Part shown: one piece after another, positions 1-9,200 of the stretch
Layout of the letters: the number at the start of each line of letters is the position of its first letter
Position numbering within the stretch: the first letter of the stretch is position 1
DNA from: a virus
Lineage: Duplodnaviria; Caudoviricetes
Reading direction: 5' to 3' (one strand)
DNA: 36,311 nucleotides
Virus record (IMG/VR): IMGVR_UViG_3300017773_000045
Location: 1-36,311 of that record
The notes under the pieces: model-generated
What the model was told of the DNA's origin: nothing
Database searches by the model: none
What the model saw: the letters and a program-made list of their open reading frames with translations, nothing else
Position numbers and translations under genes: made by a program

Positions 1-1662
1 ATGCGTTCGCTACAGTTCGGAGGTAAACCGATTGAGATCTCGCCTAATAGAGTCTATAATTGTGCTTATCTACCTATTGATAGCACTGAGTGTTTTCATG
101 AAATAATGTTCTTACTATTAGGTGGTACTGGAGTAGGTTACTCTGTTCAACGACATCATGTTGACAAGCTACCTTCAGTTAATCAACCTTATAGTAAAAG
201 AACTAGAAGACATTTAATCGGTGATAGTATTGAAGGCTGGGCTGACGCAATAAAGATATTGATTACGTCTTATATGGGCTCTAAGAGATCATCTAAGATA
301 GTATTTGATTATTCTGATATAAGACCAAAGGGCGCACAGTTAGTTACGTCTGGTGGTAAAGCACCAGGTCCACAACCTTTAAAAGAATGTATTGTAAAAG
401 TACAAGGAATACTACAAGATGTAGAAGATGGAGACAAATTAAGTACAATTCAAGCTCATGATGTTGTTTGCCATATAGCAGATGCTGTATTAGCAGGTGG
501 TATACGTAGAGCTGCTTTAATTAGTTTGTTTTCTGCTGACGATGAAGCAATGATAGGTTGTAAGTCAGGACACTGGTGGGAAGAAGCACCTCAACGAGGC
601 AGAGCAAACAACTCAGCTGTTCTTATGAGACACAAAATACATAAAGGGTTTTTTATGGATCTTTGGAAACGTATTGAGTTATCAGGTGCAGGTGAACCAG
701 GTATTTATTTTAATAATGATAAAGACTGGGGAACAAACCCTTGTTGTGAAATAGCATTAAGACCTTTTCAGTTTTGTAATCTATGTGAAGTAAATGCTAG
801 CGATATTAAAGATCAAATTGATTTTAATGATAGATGTAGAGCTGCTTCATTTATAGGTACATTACAAGCAGGTTATACTGATTTTCATTATTTAAGAGAC
901 ATATGGAAAGATACGACAGAGAAGGACGCCCTTATAGGTGTATCAATGACAGGAATAGGCTCTGCCGCTGTGCTGCAGTTGGATATGGCGGAAGCTGCAG
1001 ATATAGTAGTAAGTCAAAACAAAAAGGTAGCAAGGCAAATAGGGATTAAACCAGCAGCTAGATGTACAACCGTGAAGCCTGCTGGGACGACATCTCTGGC
1101 ATTAGGAACTTCATCTGGTATTCATGCGTGGCATAATGATTATTATGTCCGTAGAGTTAGAGTTGGTAAAAACGAAAGTATGTATAAGTATTTAGTTGAT
1201 AACCATCCTGATTTAATTGAAGATGAATACTTTAGACCTCATGATACTGCTGTAATTAGTATACCGCAAAAAGCTCCGGCTAATGCTATACTAAGAACTG
1301 AGTCACCATTTGATTTACTTGAGCGTATAAAAAAGGTGGCAACTGAATGGGTTAGACCAGGCCATAAGCGTGGTAGCAATACTCACAATGTTTCAGCTAC
1401 TGTTAGTTTAAAGCAAGAAGACTGGCCAAAAGCTGGTAAATGGATGTGGGACAATAGGGACTATTATAACGGGCTATCTGTCCTACCTTATGATGGAGGT
1501 ACTTATACTCAAGCACCGTTTGAAGATATAGATAAATCTAAATATGAAACTATGATGAAGAGTTTAACGGATGTTAATCTTACAGATATAGTAGAAGTTG
1601 AAGATGAGACTGATCTAGCTGGTGAATTAGCTTGTGCAGGAGGCGCGTGTGAAATAGTATGA
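1..1662 (+). CDS. nrdJ: Class II (adenosylcobalamin-dependent) ribonucleotide reductase, monomeric RTPR-like; 5'-truncated by the window edge
   Basis: Contains RVYNCAY (redox Cys), GGIRRAALI, GEPG, TNPCCEI (thiyl-radical Cys and Glu), TVKPAGT and the C-terminal ACAGGACEIV redox-shuttle Cys pair. MRSLQFGG is normally an internal motif, so the true start lies upstream. Confidence 0.93.
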   Translation: MRSLQFGGKPIEISPNRVYNCAYLPIDSTECFHEIMFLLLGGTGVGYSVQRHHVDKLPSVNQPYSKRTRRHLIGDSIEGWADAIKILITSYMGSKRSSKIVFDYSDIRPKGAQLVTSGGKAPGPQPLKECIVKVQGILQDVEDGDKLSTIQAHDVVCHIADAVLAGGIRRAALISLFSADDEAMIGCKSGHWWEEAPQRGRANNSAVLMRHKIHKGFFMDLWKRIELSGAGEPGIYFNNDKDWGTNPCCEIALRPFQFCNLCEVNASDIKDQIDFNDRCRAASFIGTLQAGYTDFHYLRDIWKDTTEKDALIGVSMTGIGSAAVLQLDMAEAADIVVSQNKKVARQIGIKPAARCTTVKPAGTTSLALGTSSGIHAWHNDYYVRRVRVGKNESMYKYLVDNHPDLIEDEYFRPHDTAVISIPQKAPANAILRTESPFDLLERIKKVATEWVRPGHKRGSNTHNVSATVSLKQEDWPKAGKWMWDNRDYYNGLSVLPYDGGTYTQAPFEDIDKSKYETMMKSLTDVNLTDIVEVEDETDLAGELACAGGACEIV

Positions 1663-1817
1663 CAAAAAAAATAGCAATAGTCGGAGGCATCGCGATGATG
1701 TCCTTCGGCGCTGGCAATATGCTTTGGCATAAGCATAAACCAAAGTTAGGACCAAATGAGTTAGCTATAGCTAGCGGTGTTTTAGTTTTATCTTTCGGAA
1801 TAACTATTAAATTTTAA
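1659..1817 (+). CDS. Small hypothetical membrane protein, 52 aa (MTKKIAIVGGIAMMSFGAGNMLWHKHKPKLGPNELAIASGVLVLSFGITIKF)
   Basis: Read by hand; not in the ORF track. ATGA overlap with the nrdJ stop suggests translational coupling. Two hydrophobic segments. Confidence 0.7.
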   Translation: MTKKIAIVGGIAMMSFGAGNMLWHKHKPKLGPNELAIASGVLVLSFGITIKF

Positions 1818-1827
1818 ACAAATAATT

Positions 1828-1878
1828 ATGATGTGTCCATTATGTTTAGGCGGTATTTGCGAATACTGTAACAGTTAA
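1828..1878 (+). CDS. Candidate 16-aa Cys-rich micro-peptide MMCPLCLGGICEYCNS
   Basis: Preceded by an A-rich leader (TAAACAAATAATT-ATG). CxxC-x4-CxxC pattern. Fills the gap between the upstream ORF and the tRNA. Confidence 0.45.
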   Translation: MMCPLCLGGICEYCNS

Positions 1879-1884
1879 AGTGTT

Positions 1885-1958
1885 GGGGGATTAGCTCAGC
1901 TGGCTAGAGCGCCTGCCTTGCACGCAGGAGGTCATCAGTTCGACTCTGATATTCTCCA
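1885..1958 (+). tRNA. tRNA-Ala (anticodon TGC), CCA not encoded
   Basis: Acceptor stem GGGGGAT/ATTCTCC with the G3:U70 Ala identity pair. D arm GCTC...GAGC. Anticodon arm CCTGC-CTTGCAC-GCAGG. T arm ATCAG-TTCGACT-CTGAT. Discriminator A. Confidence 0.96.
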
Positions 1959-1963
1959 CAAAT

Positions 1964-1996
1964 AAAAAGGGGACCTCATTTGAGATCCCCTTTCTT
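1964..1996. terminator. Bidirectional rho-independent terminator between convergent transcription units
   Basis: AAAAA-GGGGACCTC-ATTT-GAGATCCCC-TTTCTT: hairpin with an A-tract on the left and a T-tract on the right, at the point where coding switches strand. Confidence 0.8.
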
Positions 1997-2038
1997 GGTT
2001 ACAGGAACTTTGGGTATGGTGCCCAGTTTCTTATGTTC

Positions 2039-2569
2039 CTATGATACGTTACTAGAAGAATCTCTTCTTCTTCCCATACCAACTTTCTTTTTAGCTCTAA
2101 CTACTTTAGACTTTTCTCTTTTACTCATTTCATTCCAAGACTTAGGTGACTCACCACTAACTCTTTTTGACGGTCTACATACTTTAGTATTTTTATTCTT
2201 TTCAGATCCGCAAACATTTCCTTTTTCATCTTTCCACTCTTCTTTAAACCATCTTTTTAAATTAGCACCAGACTTAGTTTTTCTTACTGCAGCTAGTGGA
2301 GAGTTTGATCTAGTATACATAGCCATAGATTTACCTTTATCTTTATCAGTCATTTTCATAGCTATTTTTCTAGCTCTTTCCATCTTAGCAGCATAAGCAG
2401 GTCTTTTCTTATTGAAATTTTTTTGCTGAACAAAAGCACCGTTTATTTTTTGAGCATTACCTTTTCTAGTTTTATATACCCATTTAGCTAATTCTTCCGC
2501 GCCAAGTTCTTTAAATTTACCCTTAGCATCTGGAGCATCTGAGTCGTGCCATTTTAATTTTGCTTTCAT
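2039..2569 (-). CDS. Basic hypothetical phage protein, two modules; the C-terminal module resembles DUF5872-type phage proteins
   Basis: 176-aa Lys-rich ORF, coupled to the upstream gene. LKRWFKEEWKD...CG...VCRPSKRVS..SPKSW motif recalled from phage proteins. Confidence 0.7.
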   Translation of the reverse strand: MKAKLKWHDSDAPDAKGKFKELGAEELAKWVYKTRKGNAQKINGAFVQQKNFNKKRPAYAAKMERARKIAMKMTDKDKGKSMAMYTRSNSPLAAVRKTKSGANLKRWFKEEWKDEKGNVCGSEKNKNTKVCRPSKRVSGESPKSWNEMSKREKSKVVRAKKKVGMGRRRDSSSNVS

Positions 2570-3096
2570 ACGTTACCTTTTAAATGGTTAGCCATATCTA
2601 AACCTATTTTCTTACCAAAATCACTGTCTGATTTATAATGAGCTCTAGCTATATTTCTACTATCAGAAATATCTCTTGCTTTTTTATCTAACTCTGCAGA
2701 CTTTGTAGGGTGTTTATCTTTTAATATTTCAGCTATTAAATATCCTTGAGCAGAATGTCCAGAAGGATATGAAGGTGTTTTCATAGAGTCAAGTTCTATG
2801 TCTTCTAATTTTATTCCAAAATTCTTAGCTAATTTCTTAGGTCTTGGTCTATTAAAATATTTTTTTAACTTAAGTATTATATCGTTTGAACTGTTGATTA
2901 AGTCTTTTATTTGCTCACCGTCTCCCTTACCAACAACACTAACATAAGCATCATATATGTTGTCATTGTTCTTAACAAAATCTTCGTCTTTTCTAAGTTT
3001 ATTTATAGACTGTATTTCTTTAAAAGTCTCTAAAGAATTATCTTTAGGTGGCTTCGTTTTTTTAAACTTATCGTAGTCAAAGTTTTTTAAACTCAT
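2566..3096 (-). CDS. PAP2-superfamily acid phosphatase / vanadium haloperoxidase-like protein
   Basis: All three PAP2 motifs are present: KKYFNRPRP, SYPSGH and SRNIARAHYKSD. Soluble, with no TM segments. Confidence 0.88.
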   Translation of the reverse strand: MSLKNFDYDKFKKTKPPKDNSLETFKEIQSINKLRKDEDFVKNNDNIYDAYVSVVGKGDGEQIKDLINSSNDIILKLKKYFNRPRPKKLAKNFGIKLEDIELDSMKTPSYPSGHSAQGYLIAEILKDKHPTKSAELDKKARDISDSRNIARAHYKSDSDFGKKIGLDMANHLKGNV

Positions 3097-3257
3097 TTCT
3101 TTTTACCTTTGTTTTTTCTACATTTAGCTATCATACCACTAGCATAAGCTGATGGAAAAACTTTATGTGCTTTTTTAGCTTTGTAATAACAAGCATCTTT
3201 TAATGCCATAGGCGTTTCATACTTAGTCATTGGTATTGCGCATGATCTCTGTCTCAT
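3093..3257 (-). CDS. Small basic phage protein, 54 aa (MRQRSCAIPMTKYETPMALKDACYYKAKKAHKVFPSAYASGMIAKCRKNKGKKK)
   Basis: Read by hand; not in the ORF track. ATGA overlaps at both ends. Carries the DACY.K.K....VFPSAYASG...CR motif recalled from phage proteins. Confidence 0.8.
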   Translation of the reverse strand: MRQRSCAIPMTKYETPMALKDACYYKAKKAHKVFPSAYASGMIAKCRKNKGKKK

Positions 3258-6200
3258 CTTCTTCGTTTTCTAATTTTTATTTTTTTATTTTCTGTTTTCT
3301 TAGCACTAGGTTGTATGTCCCACTTAGGCCAACCTGCTAGCATTGCTATTCGTTGCCACACTTCAGCCTCTTCACCTAAAGCACCTTCTATATTGTCAAG
3401 CTTTTGTAATACTCTATCAAGAGGTATGTTAGCTGTAGCAGAAACAATTTTAGCAAAGGCCATAAACGCTGGACTTTTAATACTAAACCCTTGGTCCATT
3501 ATCTCTTCTCTTCTTTTCTTACTATCAAACTGATAAGCAGCTTGTCTTACTTTAGATATTTTAGAACTAACAGGTGGTGATATTTGTAATAGCTTATATA
3601 CAGCGTCTACATATTCTGGTCTTGATCTACCTGATCTTTCGTATACGTCTAGTAAAAAGTTTTTAACTACAGAAGTAGTAGCACCAGCTATACCTAAACC
3701 TCTTAGTAAAGAATCAAGCATACCATTTAATGTTCTTGTAACTCTTTTCTCGTCTTTTTCTTCATCATCTCCAAAACCTATAGCAAACATAGCTTGCTGT
3801 AAAGAGTTAAATATAATATTCTGTACAACGCCGTAGTAAATTAACTTGCTAACATTAGTTTTTGAATCACCTCTACCAGCAGCTAAATCTTGAAAAGCTC
3901 TTTTCTGTAAACGAGCATACTGCATAGGTGTATTAGCAAACATAAGTATTAAACGACCAGCATCACTAGCCTGTTGTTGTGATATTTTATCAGGTCTACT
4001 TGACTGTTGATTTTCTTCTGATATTTCTCTAAACTCTCGCATAGCTTGCTTCTCAGCTTCAGCTTCAGACATGTCTTGATTTTTAACTAAATCTTTAATT
4101 CTATTACGGTAAAACGTAGCTCCACCAGTTGCAATAGCAAAGCTATCAGCATACTGTGTAGGTAGATAACCTTTTTCTAGTATGTATGCCATAGCAGCCT
4201 TAGCTTTGTTCTTAGATGTTTTAGCAGCATCAGCTATTTCAGACTCGTTTATATTTATTCTTAAGCCATTACGTCTATCTCTTAAAAAGTCTGAGTTCAT
4301 TAATGTCATAAAATCTTTCCAGTATTGAGGTTGATTAGCTAAAGCTTGACCTGCTTTTAAAGGATTATTAAAGTTCCAATTTAAAAAGTTTATACTTGAT
4401 ATTGTTTGCAACACCGCAGATCTAGTATTAAAGAACATTATAGCAGCGTTAGATCCATTTATATAATTAAGTATTGTACCACCTAATCTGCTTGCTTCAC
4501 CAACTCTATTACTACCTGACTTCATACGTTTAAGTATGTTCTCCATAGCTTCTCTATACTTAGGACCATAAGCAGCTTCAAGCTTATTAAGATTTTTTTC
4601 GCTAAATATTAAATCAGCATTTTGCTGCCACTCTTCTAAATACTTTGGACGTTTAACTTCTCTTAAACCTCTTAACAAATCAGAAGTTATACTACCAGCT
4701 AACCAACTTTTGTCAGGTTTAGTGTAAGGGTCTTTATTTATAGTAGCAATTTGATCCGCAAACTCATGTAGAGTAAGATCTGTTTCAACTTGTTTAACTA
4801 ACTCTTTTGTATCTGTTTTAGTAAGTCCAGGTATTTCAAGTCCTTGCTTGTTCCATAAGTAAACTCTTACTGCTTGTTCATTTGAAAACCCACTTTCAGT
4901 TTCTTTTTGTAAGTCTTTAGGGACATCTAGCTTGTTCTTTAATGTTTTAAAATCATTCATTAAGTTAAGTCTATCTTGTGATAGATTTTCCATAGCTCTA
5001 GCATAAGGATCAGACAAATGTGTTTTAAACCAAGCCATTTGAGCATCACCTAAAGAACCTTTAGATAATAAAGGATATATTAAACCTTGAAAATCTTCTG
5101 CAGAATAAGGTATAAAGAATTGAAATTTATTTTTATTAGCACCTCTTACTTGAGCTTTAGCTTCGCTAAATTCTTTTTCAGCAGCAATACCTGTTTTTTG
5201 TTCAATTATTTTATTAAAGTCAACGTCAACATTTTTAGCAAATTTCATTTTAGCTTGTTGTACTTGAGACTTAACATCAATAACTTCTAAAGCTTTTCTT
5301 ACAGCATTAACATTTTGTATTGCATCATCTGCAAAGTAGAAATCATTATATCCCTCAGCTGCTTTACTAATTACCCAGTTTGCTTTAGCCTCACCAGTAG
5401 AATTACCTAGTCCAACTATATTCTCTTTTTTAAATTCTAAACCTTGTGATTTTAAGAAATCATATATGGCTCCTTGAGATTCAGGAGCTCTAGCTGTTAA
5501 TACAAACAAGTCTTCGTTACCTCTTGCATTTCTAATCTTTTCAGCTACTTTAAATAAAGGACCACGGCCACCATCAGTTACTCTATTAAAATCACTAAAG
5601 TCCATTGTATAACCTTGATTTTTTAAGTCTGCTCCTCTTTCAGCAAACTCTTCTGCATTTAATTCTGTTACAGCGCCATCAGGACTAGTGGCTAGTACGA
5701 TGTTATTACTTGTAGCTAGCGTATCATCAAAATCAAATACTCTAATCTTTTTAATTGGTGCGTTTACGTTTCTAGCTATTTTTAAAGCATCATCTATTAT
5801 CTTAGCTTTTTGTAATACCTGATTCATGCTTGGCGCTTCGTCAAATTGTATTACATCTAAAGCTTTAAGCATATCAATATCAATATCTTTAGCTTCTTTT
5901 ATAGAGTTGTTAAGATCTTCAGAAGCTTTAAAAAATATTTCTGTATTTACTATTTCTTGAAAAGCCTTATTACCGTTTGGAGCGTATATGTTGTTACTTA
6001 TATCAGGTCTATTTTTTAAAAACTTACTTAATCTAAATATACCTTCTTGACTAGTTAGTCCTGTCTTTTTACCACCTTCAATACCTTTAGTATCTAAAAG
6101 ATCCATAACATAATTAGGCCCAAAGAACTGGCCATGACCAGCTAGTATCTGATCTAACTTAGCTTGATCTAAATTGTTTCTAATTACACCATCAAATAAT

Positions 6201-9200
6201 TCAAGCATAGTAACTGAGTTAGGTACTAAATGCTCTCCTTTTGTTTTTAAATCTCTATAAGCAGAAAGACTAGGGTCAAACGCTGCTCTTGCTCTAGCTT
6301 CTTCAAAAGTATATTTTTTTTCACCGGTTTTTTTATCAATAGCGTTTAACTTTTCTTCTAATCTTATATCATACCTATCTTTAAACTCAGGAAACTCATC
6401 AACAAACTCTTGTATTTTAGCTTGTTGTTCTTCTTCTGTAAGTTGTAAAAATGAAGGTACATCTGGCTTTTTTTTACCTTCAATCCATTGATTGCCTTCT
6501 ATTAAATAAAGATAATCAAGACTAGTTAAAGCTCTTAAACCTTTTACTACACCTGTTTGTAATTGAAAAAACTGATACACTTGAGATTTGGTAATTCTTT
6601 TACCAGATGCAAGATCTTTCTGCATTGCTAAAACTAACTTACTTAAAACTTTTTTGTTAGCAATACCAGCTGCTTCAATTATATTTCTTTCTTTTTCAAC
6701 CATAGCTAATTTAGATTCTAAACTAACAGTAGAAAAAACTTTTTTTGAAAGCTTTTGCATATAACCAAAACTCTTATTCATTGGTTTTATATCTGAAGTA
6801 ACAATATCTTTTACTTGAGACTCGTTTGTATAACTTGATCCTTGAGCTTTTAATCTGTCAACATAGAAAGGACCTTGTTCTTTTTGACCAGTAATCTTGT
6901 TTAAAGTTTCTTTTGCAGCATTCAATAATCTGTTAGAGTATCCTACAAATTCTAAAGTTTTATTCCACGCTTTAACTAATCTATTATCTAGTAAACTGCT
7001 GGTAATTGTTTGAGCAAGTTTATTTAAATTTTTTGCTGGTGCTTCATTTATAACTCTAATTCCTTTTTTATTGCTTACAGCTATAAGATTTCTCTTTTTT
7101 ATTTCAGCTGCAACTTCTGGAAAACCTGCTGCTTCTAAAGATTCTATAGATCCTTTTACAAACTCACCACCTGTAGCTAAGTCAGGATTTTCAGTAAACA
7201 TTAAATCCACTAAAGCTGTTGTAATTCTAGGGTCAACACCTTCAATTGCTTGAGAAAAACCTTCAGTGTATTCTTCATCAATACCAATACCATATTCTTG
7301 AGCTGCTTTAGTTATTTCATCTTTAACAGCATTAAATTCTGGTTCAAGCTCGGCAGGTAGCACAATATTAAAAGCAGCTTTATAATCTACTCCTCTACCT
7401 AGTTCTCTAGCTATGTAAGCTATTTCTGCATTAACAACATCTTCACCAAATAGTTCTGCTCTTCTTTCAGCAATAGTAGTACCATCATCTAACTTTGTTT
7501 TAAGAGCTTCAGGCATAGCATCTACAACAAACTCAAATGCAGCTACTTCTGCTAGCGTGTTTTGCTTAGCATCTCTTCTTCCTTGCTCAGGTGTAAAATA
7601 CTCTAACATGTCTTGAACATCTAAATCAGGTTTCAACTGCCTTTTAGGATTACCAGCATAAGGATTTTTAACTCTTGATCCTTCAGCTCTTGACTCATCT
7701 GTTAATATTCTAACTTGCTTGCCAGTTTCTGGATCTATTACAGGTTCAGTAAGCTTGTTAAACCTTTTGTTTAAAGTAGTTTGAGCTGTTTTATTTAATA
7801 TAGCTAATGCGTAATCCTCTATAAACTTAGTATACTGCTCTGACTTTGGTTTGCCCATTAATTTTTTAACTCTTTGAAAAGCTAAATCACTAGATTGTTT
7901 TTGTAAGTCTTGAATAAAGTCTTTTGATGTTGGTGCTTTTAACTTACCACTTAATATTTTACTAGATACTTCTGCCATGTCTGTAGCTAAAGCTTCTACA
8001 TCTTCTTGCTGCTCTATTTCTTCAGACAAATCTAGCATGCTTTTTCTTAATGATGGCTTTTCTGCTTTGCTAAAATCTTCAGTGGTTTCTTGTTGAATCT
8101 CTTGAGACTGCATACCTAAAGTTTTAGCTGCTATTTCAGTAGCTCTATATAAATCAAATTTACCTCCACCAACAAACTGCCCTAAAGTACCTCTTTCATT
8201 AACAGGTTTTTTAAAGTAGTCAGCTACAATACCTTTTACTCCTCTATCAGAAGTAATTATATCCATTGCTAAATCTTCTATAGTAACAGCTCCTTCTGTT
8301 CTAAATCCGTCCTCATCTATAACACCTGCTATTTTAGGATTCTCAATTACAGGTACACCGTTTATTTTAAATCTTCCAGATTTTATATATCTAAGAACAT
8401 CATCATAAAATTGATAAGCTAACTCTGTTTGAACGCCTTCGTCGTCAGTGTTTTTATTTTCTATTATCTCATCAATAACAATATCTTTTGCTTCCTTTTG
8501 TCGCTTTAAATCTCTATCACTAGGCTTTGCTGTTTTTTCTTGTGCGTCAGCAACTTTTTGTATATCTTTTCCTATGTCTATGCCTTCTCTAGCGGCTCTT
8601 ACTTGAGCTCTAGTAAACCTTCCTTTACGTATAGACTTGTTATAATCTTTTATAAAATTAAACACGTCTAATTCATTTTCAAATTTTAAGTTTTTAGCAC
8701 CTGGTAATTCTTGCATTACTCTTCTAGTAGCATCTCTAAAACCTTGAAACCTTTTAGATTCAAAAGGTATAACACCTTTGTTAGCAAACTCACTAAATAA
8801 AGTAATTACCTCTTCAGCCTCTTCTCTACTAGTTACGCTTTCGTCATCTTTATATTTTTGTAAAGTATTATTTAAAGCATCTAAATATCTTTCATCAACT
8901 CTAGGATCTTTTTGTAACTCAACTAATCTTTTCTTTAATATTTTAGCTATTGGAAAAACAACTTCAGGATTAGTTTTTAATGTATTTTTAAGAAACTTAT
9001 GTAATATCTCATGCATGCCTGAAAAGAAAGTTGATTTTTTTCCAGAGTTTGTTTCATTGTTTTGAATAGCGTACTCTACTCCATCTATTTCTAACTCTAA
9101 TCCTCTTTGTTGTGATCTTTTTTTAGCGTCTTTAACACCTTTACTTTCTAACCACTCTTGTAATTCTTTTGAAGTATCAAAAGTTAAAAATGTATCTACG

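Noticed and set aside
1509-1736. 75-aa minus-strand ORF
   Set aside because: Antisense to nrdJ and the coupled 52-aa ORF; no recognisable features.
1885-1958. tRNA as a prophage attachment site / host-phage junction
   Set aside because: Phage-type genes lie on both sides, and no integrase or duplicated tRNA 3' end is seen in the window.
1959-2040. tRNA-associated HDV-like (theta) ribozyme in the tRNA 3' trailer
   Set aside because: Could not build the nested double pseudoknot; the trailer is explained by a terminator plus a simple hairpin.
1980-2396. 138-aa + strand ORF
   Set aside because: Antisense shadow of a Lys-rich minus-strand gene, hence Phe/Leu/Ser-rich; it starts inside the terminator.
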